Assembly: GCA_041576165.1 (NCBI GenBank)
Contig: JBFGLM010000024.1
Coordinates: forward strand, 1-64,000
Direction of reading: 5' to 3'
Origin: Acidimicrobiia bacterium
GTDB taxonomy: Bacteria; Actinomycetota; Acidimicrobiia; Spongiisociales; Spongiisociaceae
Length of the DNA stretch: 64,000 bases
Shown: one piece after another, positions 1-8,203 of the stretch
How the letters are laid out: each line of letters opens with the position of its first letter
How positions within the stretch are numbered: position 1 is the stretch's first letter
Position numbers and translations under genes: made by a program
Notes under the pieces: generated by a model
Databases searched by the model: none
What the model was told of the DNA's origin: nothing
Seen by the model: only the letters and a program-made list of their open reading frames with translations

Positions 1-34
1 GCCCCCCCCCGGGTGAGCGAGTCGTCGAAGCCGG

Positions 35-493
35 CTACTCGGTCAGATTCTCTAGGGCGCGCACCCGGTCGTGTGCCGCTTTGACCATGCCACGCTGGCG
101 CGAAACCACGGTCTGTACTTCGGCCGGCAGCGTTTCAGCGAGCGCCTCGTCGTACTGCTCGAGGGCGTAGTCCTCACCCTCCTCAGCGGCGCTGATGACG
201 GCATGGTCATCGTCGGTCACCATGTCCTTCAAACGCATCCACGCGCGATGGGCGGCCGCCTTGACCATCCCCGTCTGCGGAGAATCAGCACCGTACCGCG
301 CGGCCAGCTCGTGGAGCTCGGCGGCCAGCTCTTCGCGCTCGTCACCGAGCTCGCGGAACGTGGCGGTGATGCCGGGGTCCTCGACCAGATCGGCCGCCTC
401 GCGGAAGCCTTTTGCACCGGCTTCGCAGGTTTCGATCAGATGCTGGATCAGCGTTGCGACATTGGTAAACGACGGCGACATGTCGGTCGTCAT
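35..493 (-). CDS. PA2169-family (DUF2383) ferritin-like four-helix-bundle protein
   Basis: 152 aa; L..LIETC..G..GF..AA, HRAWM.LK and E.GED.A...Y..AL motifs; SD AAGGAAGG upstream. Confidence 0.85.
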   Translation of the reverse strand: MTTDMSPSFTNVATLIQHLIETCEAGAKGFREAADLVEDPGITATFRELGDEREELAAELHELAARYGADSPQTGMVKAAAHRAWMRLKDMVTDDDHAVISAAEEGEDYALEQYDEALAETLPAEVQTVVSRQRGMVKAAHDRVRALENLTE

Positions 494-529
494 GACACAC
501 CTTCCTTTCGTTCAGGCATGTCATGGTCC

Positions 530-556
530 ATACCCGCCGGGCTGTGCGGACAAACC
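530..556 (-). promoter_or_regulatory. SigF/SigB-type (general stress) promoter for the PA2169-family gene
   Basis: Minus strand reads GGTTT-N16-GGGTAT, matching the actinobacterial SigF consensus. Confidence 0.65.
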
Positions 557-574
557 AAGAGTTGCGTCGTTGGC

Positions 575-976
575 TCAGCTCGTGCCGCGCAGCGGAACGA
601 CGTTCTCGAAGGAAGCGAGCTGTACCAGCGCCTCCCGCAGCTCGCGCGGCTGGAACGGCTTGGTCATATAGGCAGAAACGCCAATCGCTTCTGCCTTCCG
701 TCGGTCTGATTCACTCGTGTGGCCGGTCAGCATCAAAATGGGCAAGTCGGCCGTGGCCTCCTGGGCGCGCAGCTCTCGCAAGACTTCCCAGCCGTCCTTC
801 CCTGGGAGACCCACGTCGAGAATGAGGACGTCGGGCGAGAGTTGGGTTGCTTGATCCACTGCGGCGAGGCCATCAGAGACCTCGACGATCTCAGCTGGCA
901 TCCCCCGGAGACAGATACCGATCAATCTGCGGATGACGGGCGAGTCATCCGCCACCATGACTGTCCTTTGTCCCAT
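575..976 (-). CDS. Single-domain response regulator (CheY-like receiver)
   Basis: ADDS, LILDVGLP (phospho-Asp), LTG, TKPF; no output domain; SD GAGGAG. Confidence 0.9.
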   Translation of the reverse strand: MGQRTVMVADDSPVIRRLIGICLRGMPAEIVEVSDGLAAVDQATQLSPDVLILDVGLPGKDGWEVLRELRAQEATADLPILMLTGHTSESDRRKAEAIGVSAYMTKPFQPRELREALVQLASFENVVPLRGTS

Positions 977-1004
977 CTGGCTCCTCGGAAGTTCTTGAGG
1001 ACGA

Positions 1005-1032
1005 GTATCGACAGCAGTCGGGACCGACCTGA
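1005..1032 (-). promoter_or_regulatory. Putative sigma28/WhiG-like promoter
   Basis: TCAGG-N15-GTCGATAC on the minus strand upstream of 976; consensus TAAA/TCAA-N15/16-GCCGATAA. Confidence 0.45.
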
Positions 1033-1058
1033 GCGGGTCGCTGCCGCGCGCGGCTGCT

Positions 1059-1454
1059 CTAGGAAGCGGCCACGGACAAGTGCTGGCTGATGCGTTTGCG
1101 AAGCATTTCCGGCAGGAAGGGTTTGGTCATGAAGCCGGCCGCCCCCTGCTCCCTGGCGTAGTTTTCGCTCCACAGCTCACCATGGCCGGTCAGCATCAGC
1201 ACCGGGATTGATCCTGCGGAGGCACGCAGGGTCTCGAGGACTTCCCAACCGTTCATCCCGGGTAGCCCGATGTCGAGCAAGACAAGGTCCGGGCGGTCGA
1301 GCGCGGCCGATTCCAAACCCGCTGGTCCGTTGGGAACCAGATTCACCTCCACACCAAGGGGCCGGAGGCACACCTCGATCAGGCGGCGGATGACCTTCGA
1401 GTCCTCGATGACGAGGACCTTGGGCTGAGGATTGGGAATGGCTTCGCTGGACAT
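1059..1454 (-). CDS. Single-domain response regulator (CheY-like receiver), paralogue of 575-976
   Basis: IEDS, LLDIGLP, LTG, TKPF; no output domain. Confidence 0.9.
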   Translation of the reverse strand: MSSEAIPNPQPKVLVIEDSKVIRRLIEVCLRPLGVEVNLVPNGPAGLESAALDRPDLVLLDIGLPGMNGWEVLETLRASAGSIPVLMLTGHGELWSENYAREQGAAGFMTKPFLPEMLRKRISQHLSVAAS

Positions 1455-1464
1455 CGTGACCTCT

Positions 1465-1668
1465 CTACAACACGGTGTATCCGTGGCGGACCGGGATACG
1501 TTCGAAGCCGGGTGAGACCGTCGGCCCCTGGGTCAGCAAGAGGGCGAGGATTCTCCCGAGCCAGGTCGTACGGCGCCGCCTGTCCGCCTGATGCGACGCC
1601 GCACGATTGGCTGGCGATGTCTCCCGATGTTGCCCGTCCTGCATGTGTTCACCACTTGGCACGTTCAT
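1465..1668 (-). CDS. Small hypothetical protein (67 aa from ATG 1668; alternative start 1644)
   Basis: Fills the gap before the receiver; ATG is 5 nt after CCCGATAC; basic patch then a hydrophobic stretch (RRRRTTWLGRILALLL). Confidence 0.4.
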   Translation of the reverse strand: MNVPSGEHMQDGQHRETSPANRAASHQADRRRRTTWLGRILALLLTQGPTVSPGFERIPVRHGYTVL

Positions 1669-1733
1669 CTCTTGTATCGGGACTGAGAGCCACATCGCTC
1701 AGAAGCAAACAAATCTCACGCGAAGTGACTAGT
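1658..1733 (-). promoter_or_regulatory. Conserved promoter module, copy A (17-bp box + sigma28-like -10 + GAACGTGCC)
   Basis: ACTAGTCACTTCGCGTG-N36-CCGATAC-N7-GAACGTGCC; identical layout at 52004-52079 (+). Confidence 0.7.
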
Positions 1734-1834
1734 CCGCCGGCTAGCCCCAAGGTGCGGCCCGTCTGATCGCGTGACGTGACCACCCCGCCACGAAACCGTT
1801 CAAGGGCCGCGGTCACAGGTCCGTAATTACACGT

Positions 1835-2086
1835 ATGAGATTCAGTGAATTCGTTTTCGAGCACTCGGAGCGTCTGGCCGGTCCCCTGGCAGCCCTCGTC
1901 GCCCTCACCGACGTGGCTCTCGACCAGCTGCCCGAGGCGGAACGATCCGAACTGCTGCATCTCGTTCGCGAGAACGCGGTGCAGGCGTCGGTGCTGGTGG
2001 GCGAGCTTCGCGCCCGGAGCCGGTGTCGGGCCCCGGAGCCGGACGTGGATCTGCGGGGGGTCGACGCCGGACCGACTGCGGCGTGA
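1835..2086 (+). CDS. Stand-alone HisKA/DHp-like small protein without the canonical phospho-His
   Basis: FSEFVFEHSERLAGPLAAL...ERSELLHLVRENA..ASVLVGEL aligns by eye to SEFLANMSHELRTPL...EQREYL..I..SA..L..LI.DL; preceded by TCAAG-N15-TCCGTAAT. Confidence 0.6.
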   Translation: MRFSEFVFEHSERLAGPLAALVALTDVALDQLPEAERSELLHLVRENAVQASVLVGELRARSRCRAPEPDVDLRGVDAGPTAA

Positions 2087-2088
2087 AA

Positions 2089-2898
2089 TCAGAGAATGCG
2101 CTCGAACCCGGCGTAGACATTGCAGCCCTCCCCGCGTACAAAACCGGCCACGGTGACACCGAGTTCTTCGGCCAGATCCACCGCCAGGCTGGAGGCGGCA
2201 GACACGCCGGCAACAATCGAGAACCCGGCAACCGCAGCTTTTTGCACCATCTCGAACGACACTCGCCCGGACACCATCACGCCCGCCTCACCCAACGGCC
2301 AGCGCTCCCACGCGAGCGCGCCGACCACCTTGTCGACCGCGTTGTGACGGCCGATGTCCTCCCGCACGGCCAGCACCGCGCCCGACGCGTCAAACGCGGC
2401 GGCGGCGTGCAGACCGCCGGAAGCCTCAAACCCGGCCTGCGCCTCGCGCATGCGCCGGGCGACCTCGCCTAGGACCGCAGCCGGCATCCGAGGCCCGGGT
2501 GGTAAGGGCCGGGCGGCCACCCGTACCGCATCGATCGATGCTTTGCCACACACGCCGCACGACGAGGTGGCGTACAGGTTGCGCCGGAACTGCTCCGGAT
2601 CGACGACCACCCCGCCGGCCAAGACAAGCTCGTAGCGGGCACCGTCACTGCCCCCGCCGAGCAAGCGCACCTCGGCCATCTCCCCGGGCCGGAGCACAAT
2701 GCCCTCGGTCAACGCGAACCCGCGAGCCAGGTCGTCGTCGTCACCAGGGGTACGCATCACGACCGCGATCGGAACCCGGCCCAACCGCAGCTCGAGCGGC
2801 TCCTCGAGAGCGAGCACATCGTCGGCCGGGCTCCGGGACCCGGCGGAGATGCGCACTATGGCCCGGCGTCCGGTCGTCAGCCCAGCCTGATCATTCAC
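2089..2898 (-). CDS. fdhD: Formate dehydrogenase accessory sulfurtransferase FdhD
   Basis: EEPLELR, MRTPG, TSSCGVCGK, GGLHAAA, REDIGRHNAVDK; GTG start 6 nt after TACCGT (leaderless). Confidence 0.95.
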   Translation of the reverse strand: MNDQAGLTTGRRAIVRISAGSRSPADDVLALEEPLELRLGRVPIAVVMRTPGDDDDLARGFALTEGIVLRPGEMAEVRLLGGGSDGARYELVLAGGVVVDPEQFRRNLYATSSCGVCGKASIDAVRVAARPLPPGPRMPAAVLGEVARRMREAQAGFEASGGLHAAAAFDASGAVLAVREDIGRHNAVDKVVGALAWERWPLGEAGVMVSGRVSFEMVQKAAVAGFSIVAGVSAASSLAVDLAEELGVTVAGFVRGEGCNVYAGFERIL

Positions 2899-2954
2899 GA
2901 GGGAACGGTAGCCCGTGTTCCGGCCCGGCCGGGCGGCAACTACAATCCGCCCCA

Positions 2955-3052
2955 CGACTGCACGGGAGCTCGGTGAACCGGGCTGAGAGGGAGGCTGTAG
3001 CGGCCTCCGACCGTTGGAACCTGCTCCGGATAATGCCGGCGTAGGGAGTTTC
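2955..3052 (+). ncRNA. TPP riboswitch (THI element)
   Basis: GGGAG...CTGAGA...GACCGTTGGAACCTGCTCCGGATAATGCCGGCGTAGGGAG; upstream of a thiamine ABC operon; TACAAT -10 at 2941. Confidence 0.95.
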
Positions 3053-3092
3053 ACGCCCGCCTCCTGCTCCCGCACCGTAACAGGAGGACCGC

Positions 3093-4133
3093 GTGAGAAC
3101 AGTTGCACTGACCCTCGGTCTGCTGATGCTGGCGACGGCCTGTGGCCGAGATGCCGCCGAGGGCCCTCAAACGATACGGCTTGTGACGCACGACTCGTTT
3201 GTCGTGTCCGAGGGGATCATCGAAGCTTTTGAATCCGAGACCGGCCACACCGTAGAGCTGCTGCAAGCCGGCGACGCTGGGACCATGGTGAACCAGGCCA
3301 TCCTGACCAAGGACAACCCCATCGGCGATGTCATGTTCGGGGTCGACACGACATTTCTGGGGCGGGCGCTGGACGAGGGGCTGTTCGAGGCGTACCAGCC
3401 GGCCGCGCTGGACACCGTGCCCGATCAGCTCGAGGTGAGCGATCGAGTCACGCCGATCGATTTCGGAGACGTGTGCCTCAACTACGACATCGACGGCCTG
3501 CAGGAAGCCGGGATTCCCCCGCCTGCCGAGCTGGCGGACCTGACCGACCCGGTGTACGCCGGACGGCTGGTGGTCCAGAACCCGGCCACGTCCTCGCCCG
3601 GTCTGGCGTTTCTCCTGGCCACCGTGGCCACCTTCGGCGAGGGCGGCGACTATCCGTGGCAGAGCTTCTGGCAGGACCTGGTCGAGAATGACCTGGTCGT
3701 CACCTCTGGCTGGGAAGATGCCTACTACGGCGAATTCAGCGGTGGATCGGGCACGGGCAACATCCCGATCGTCGTGTCGTATGCGTCATCGCCGCCGGCC
3801 GAAGTCATATTCGCCGACCCCCGCCCGGAGCAGGCCCCCACCGGCGTAGTGACGACGAGCTGCTTTCGCCAGGTGGAGTATGCCGGGATCCTGGCCGGGT
3901 CCCCAGTGGCCGGTGCGGCCCGCGAGTTGATCGACTACATGCTCTCGCCGGCTTTTCAGGAAGACATTCCACTGAACATGTTCGTGTTCCCGGCCAACCA
4001 GCAGGCCGCTCTGCCGCCCGAATTCGTCGAGTTCGTGCAGCTGCCGGAGGAAGCGATCACACTGCCTCCAGGTGAGATAGACGCCAACCGCAACCGATGG
4101 ATCGACGAATGGACCGAAATCGTGCTCCCGTGA
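3093..4133 (+). CDS. thiB: Thiamine ABC transporter substrate-binding lipoprotein
   Basis: Lipobox LATAC, THDSF, GDAG, TSSPGLAFL, VVSYASSP, FRQVEYAG; under a TPP riboswitch. Confidence 0.93.
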   Translation: MRTVALTLGLLMLATACGRDAAEGPQTIRLVTHDSFVVSEGIIEAFESETGHTVELLQAGDAGTMVNQAILTKDNPIGDVMFGVDTTFLGRALDEGLFEAYQPAALDTVPDQLEVSDRVTPIDFGDVCLNYDIDGLQEAGIPPPAELADLTDPVYAGRLVVQNPATSSPGLAFLLATVATFGEGGDYPWQSFWQDLVENDLVVTSGWEDAYYGEFSGGSGTGNIPIVVSYASSPPAEVIFADPRPEQAPTGVVTTSCFRQVEYAGILAGSPVAGAARELIDYMLSPAFQEDIPLNMFVFPANQQAALPPEFVEFVQLPEEAITLPPGEIDANRNRWIDEWTEIVLP

Positions 4134-5746
4134 CGCCGGGCCGTGGTCTGTGGCTGGCCGTTCCACCGGCTCTGTTTCTCGGCGCATTCTTCATCTACCC
4201 GGTGGCGAGCATCATTGCGTTGGGACTTGGTTCGGCGGATGGATCCTCGCTAGGCGTGATCCGCGACGCGCTCACCGATCCGTCATTGCACCGTGCCGCC
4301 TGGTTCACCACCTGGCAAGCCGTCGTCTCGACGTTACTCACAGTCATCGTCGGCTTCCCGGCCGCCTATGTGTTCGGGCGTTACGACTTTCGTGGCAAGG
4401 CGGCGCTGCGCGCCGCCATCACGGTGCCGTTCGTGATGCCTACGGTGGTCGTGGCGGCCGCGTTCCTCACGTTGCTCGGACCCAACGGGCCGCTCCGTCT
4501 CGATCTCGGGCGCGGGGTTGCGACAATCCTCATCGCCCACGTCTTCTACAACTACGCCGTGATAGTGAGAACCGTCGGAGGAGCGCTGGATCAGCTGGAC
4601 CCGCGCCTCGAAGCGGCCGCCCGAACGCTCGGCGCAACCCGGCTGACAGCGTTCCGCAAGGTCACACTCCCGCTCATCATGCCGTCGGTGCTGGCCGCAG
4701 CGTCGCTGGTGTTCTTGTTCACCTTCACGTCCTTCGGGGTGGTGCTGATCCTGGGCGGCCTCGAGTTCTCCACCCTCGAGGTCACCATCTGGCGGGCGAC
4801 GACGCAACGCCTGGATCTGGCCTTCTCTGCCGTCGTTGCATTGGTGCAAATGCTCGGAATCGGTTTGATCCTGGTTGCGCTGTCCCGGGCACAGCAACGG
4901 CGGGCACATGAGCTTCCCCTGGTCACGATCCGCGCCCCTCGACATCCCCAGTCCCGCCGGGAACGCTGGGCGGTTCGTTCGGTGATTTGGTTCACGGTTG
5001 CGTTTCTGGGCGCTCCGCTTGCAGTGCTGATATGGCGATCTTTCACCGTGAACGGGGCGCCGAGCCTGGGCAATTATGCAGGGCTCGTCGAACGCGACTC
5101 CCGGGGCCTGTTCGTGCCACCGATCGACGCGATCACGAGCTCGCTGACCTACGCCGTTCCGGCAATGCTGCTCGCCGTCGTCATTGGCTTGTTCGCGGCC
5201 GCCTTCCTGGCCCGGGAGAAGCGACGCGTCGTCCAGGTCTTCGACACTGTGCTGATGTTGCCGCTCGGCACTTCAGCGGTGACGGTCGGGTTCGGCTTCC
5301 TGGTAGCACTCGACCAGCCGGTGGATCTGCGGGCGAGTCCGGTGATCATCCCGATCGCCCACGCCCTCGTCGCCATGCCGCTGGTCGTCCGGGTCACGAC
5401 CCCCGTCCTACGGTCGATTCGCGAACGCCTCCGCGAGGCGGCAGCTGTGCTGGGCGCGTCCCCTGGCGCCGTCTGGCGCTTCATCGACGTGCCGATCGTC
5501 ATGCGGGCGGCGGCGGTGGCGGCCGGCTTCGCATTCGCAATATCGCTGGGCGAGTTCGGCGCGTCGGCCTTCATAGTCCGGCCCGACCGCCCCACATTAC
5601 CGACGGCGATTTTCCGGCTACTCGGCTTTCCGGGCGACGCAACCTACGGTCAGGCGATGGCGCTCGCCACCGTACTCATGGTGTTGACCGCGGTCTCCGT
5701 CGCGGCGATCGACCGTTTCCGCGTCGGCGAGGGAGCGGAGTTCTGA
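4130..5746 (+). CDS. thiP: Thiamine ABC transporter permease
   Basis: Two permease repeats with EAA loops (LEAAARTLGA, LREAAAVLGA); GTG start overlaps the thiB stop. Confidence 0.88.
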   Translation: MTPGRGLWLAVPPALFLGAFFIYPVASIIALGLGSADGSSLGVIRDALTDPSLHRAAWFTTWQAVVSTLLTVIVGFPAAYVFGRYDFRGKAALRAAITVPFVMPTVVVAAAFLTLLGPNGPLRLDLGRGVATILIAHVFYNYAVIVRTVGGALDQLDPRLEAAARTLGATRLTAFRKVTLPLIMPSVLAAASLVFLFTFTSFGVVLILGGLEFSTLEVTIWRATTQRLDLAFSAVVALVQMLGIGLILVALSRAQQRRAHELPLVTIRAPRHPQSRRERWAVRSVIWFTVAFLGAPLAVLIWRSFTVNGAPSLGNYAGLVERDSRGLFVPPIDAITSSLTYAVPAMLLAVVIGLFAAAFLAREKRRVVQVFDTVLMLPLGTSAVTVGFGFLVALDQPVDLRASPVIIPIAHALVAMPLVVRVTTPVLRSIRERLREAAAVLGASPGAVWRFIDVPIVMRAAAVAAGFAFAISLGEFGASAFIVRPDRPTLPTAIFRLLGFPGDATYGQAMALATVLMVLTAVSVAAIDRFRVGEGAEF

Positions 5747-6735
5747 TGCTGGAGCTGAGAGACGCCACGGTGGTGCTCGATGGTCGCAAGATCCTCGACA
5801 GCGTGGATCTCGCCGTGGCCGAAGAAGACGTTGCCGCAGTGCTAGGCGCATCCGGCTCCGGCAAGAGCACGCTGCTCCGCGTGATTGCCGGCCTGCTCCC
5901 CGGCGGAACGGTCCGCTGGCGGGGCCGCAACCTCGACGGTGTTCCCGTTCACGCCCGGCCGTTCGGGCTCATGTTCCAGGATCATGCACTCTTTCCGCAC
6001 CTCAATGTGGGTCAGAACGTGGCCTTCGGGCTGGAGATGACGCGCGAACCGCACCCGCAGCTGCGGGTGGCCGAAGTGCTCGAGATGGTGGGACTCGCCG
6101 GGTTCGAGTCGAGGAACCCGGCCACCCTGTCCGGAGGGGAATCGCAACGTGTGGCTCTGGCTCGGGCCCTCGCTCCGCGACCTGAACTCCTGATGCTGGA
6201 TGAGCCACTCGGCTCGCTCGACCGCACACTGCGCGACCGGTTGTTGGAGCGACTCGAGGGTTTGCTGGCCGACCTCGCGATCACCTCGATATACGTCACA
6301 CACGACCACGACGAAGCTCGAACGCTGGCCGACACAGTCACGATCCTGTATGCCGGCAGGGTACTCCAATCGGGCCCCGCCGAAGAGGTCTGGGCACACC
6401 CCGCCTCAGTGCAGGTCGCCGAGTTCCTCGGCTACGAGACAACGGCGAGCATTGCTGTTGAAAACGGTCGGTGGGTCACCCCCTGGGGAACGATGCCCGG
6501 CGTCGACCTCGAACCGGGCGTGCACGAAATGGTGATACCGCCGCACGCTGTGCGGTTCTCGCCCGACGGCGCGCTCACCGCCACGGTGGAGAGCCATCGA
6601 TTCGTCGGCGGACGTGCCGAGATTCGGGCAGGTAACGGCGAGGGCAGCGTCACCGGTCCGTACGACGGAACGCCCCCGCGGCGGGGCGAACTCGTGAGGT
6701 TCGACATCGACCCCACCGCGGTGCACCGTTTCTGA
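5746..6735 (+). CDS. thiQ: Thiamine ABC transporter ATP-binding protein
   Basis: GASGSGKS, LSGGE, LMLDEP; TGATG overlap with thiP. Confidence 0.85.
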   Translation: MLELRDATVVLDGRKILDSVDLAVAEEDVAAVLGASGSGKSTLLRVIAGLLPGGTVRWRGRNLDGVPVHARPFGLMFQDHALFPHLNVGQNVAFGLEMTREPHPQLRVAEVLEMVGLAGFESRNPATLSGGESQRVALARALAPRPELLMLDEPLGSLDRTLRDRLLERLEGLLADLAITSIYVTHDHDEARTLADTVTILYAGRVLQSGPAEEVWAHPASVQVAEFLGYETTASIAVENGRWVTPWGTMPGVDLEPGVHEMVIPPHAVRFSPDGALTATVESHRFVGGRAEIRAGNGEGSVTGPYDGTPPRRGELVRFDIDPTAVHRF

Positions 6736-6914
6736 GAACCCGGGAGTGCGCCGCAGAGAGCAGTTGGCGACCCCGTCCGCTCGGCTTCCGTCGGAGGTTC
6801 TCACCGAGCGCCAGTGACGTCGTATCGGGGTGAAGGGACCCGCCCGTCAACGCTCACGCCCTGCATGGGAGCGACCAGATCGCTATAAACAGTAGCCACG
6901 ACGGAGGGAGCACG

Positions 6915-7385
6915 ATGCTGGCGAGGGCTGTACAAGCAATGAGAGCCGACCCTGAGGTGTTCGAACTGGTCGAGCACGACCAGGGTTATACCGGCGAGGC
7001 AGGGATCATTGTGGCGATCACCGCCGTACTGGGTGGCTTCGGAGCATTGTTCGCCGGCCGCGGCTTCGGCGCGTTCGTCGGGGCAATCATCACCGGGCTG
7101 ATCGGATGGTTTGTTTGGGCCGGCGTCACGCTACTGATCGGCACCCGGCTGTTCGGCGGCACGGCCGACTACGGCGAGATGTTGCGGGTGACGGGGTACG
7201 CCCACGCACCACTGGTGCTGACGGTGATTCCGATCATCGGCTTCTTTGCCCTGCTGTGGGCGCTGTGGGTGGCAGTGGTGGCACTCCGGCAAGGGCTGGA
7301 TCTCACCACGGGAAAGGCCGTCGGAGTTGCCATCGTCGGCTGGATCGGGTTCGCGATCCTGCGCGCCATCTTCTTCTTCGTCTGA
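6915..7385 (+). CDS. YIP1-family membrane protein
   Basis: About 5 hydrophobic segments; LFGG.ADYGEMLRVTGYAHAP and ALRQGLDL.TGKA patterns; SD GGAGG. Confidence 0.7.
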   Translation: MLARAVQAMRADPEVFELVEHDQGYTGEAGIIVAITAVLGGFGALFAGRGFGAFVGAIITGLIGWFVWAGVTLLIGTRLFGGTADYGEMLRVTGYAHAPLVLTVIPIIGFFALLWALWVAVVALRQGLDLTTGKAVGVAIVGWIGFAILRAIFFFV

Positions 7386-7407
7386 AGGCTGACCGGCGGG
7401 AGGCCGC

Positions 7408-8202
7408 ATGTTTGAGCGACTGATCGCCTGGTGGCGGGGTCTGTTCCGCCCTCGGCGCACGCCCCGCACCCGGACCACCGGAATGCCGCCCTCACCGAAC
7501 GGAGCATCCTCGTTCCATCTCTGGTGGGATTTGCCAGAAATACCGCTGCGCGAGGTGGCGGTGACGCTGGAAATCACCGAACCGCCTAAGGTCGACCACC
7601 TCTATTTCTTCGCGCTGCAGGCATCGTTCATGCGCCGAACCGAACAATTCGGCGGCGCCCACCTCGGCTTGCAGTGGAACGCGCGCCATCCGGAGAACCG
7701 GGCCATCAACTGGGGTGGCTACGACGAGATCGGGGCCATCCTCACGGGCACACGATCACCGCTCCCGTCGCGTCCCAACGACCCGAACACGCGCGACTAT
7801 GTATGGCAGCCCAACAAGAAGTACCGGCTGCGAATCGGGCCGGCGCAGCCATCCGCCACCGGGCAAGTCGCGTGGCCGGGCGCAGTCACGGACCTGGACC
7901 GCGGTGAAACCGTCGTGGTCCGCGAGCTTCTCACCGGAGGGGACGCCCTGCGTAGCCCCGTGATGTGGATGGAAGTGTTTGCAGACTGTGCCGATCCATC
8001 GGTGATCATCAGGTGGAGTGACCTCGTGGCGATGACAACGGACGGCACTGAACTCCGCCCCCATAGCTGCCGCACCGCCTATCAGAAGTATGAGGACGGC
8101 GGCTGCACCAACACGGCCTCGGCCGCCGGTGGCGGGGCGTTCATCCAGCAAACGGCGGCCGAGCGGACAACCCCGCCGGACGCGCTTCTCTCGCTGGGCT
8201 GA
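7408..8202 (+). CDS. Hypothetical beta-rich protein (possibly DUF3472-like)
   Basis: 264 aa, Trp/Gly-rich (YFFALQASF, GGAHLGLQW, NWGGY, GGCTNT); SD GGAGG. Confidence 0.6.
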   Translation: MFERLIAWWRGLFRPRRTPRTRTTGMPPSPNGASSFHLWWDLPEIPLREVAVTLEITEPPKVDHLYFFALQASFMRRTEQFGGAHLGLQWNARHPENRAINWGGYDEIGAILTGTRSPLPSRPNDPNTRDYVWQPNKKYRLRIGPAQPSATGQVAWPGAVTDLDRGETVVVRELLTGGDALRSPVMWMEVFADCADPSVIIRWSDLVAMTTDGTELRPHSCRTAYQKYEDGGCTNTASAAGGGAFIQQTAAERTTPPDALLSLG

Positions 8203-8203
8203 C

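Noticed and set aside
4987-5745. Long N-terminal extensions in the ORF track (thiQ, dctQ, NUDIX, oxoprolinase B, fdhD, E1)
   Set aside because: They overlap neighbouring genes or RNA elements, reflect stop-codon scarcity at high GC, and better starts exist downstream
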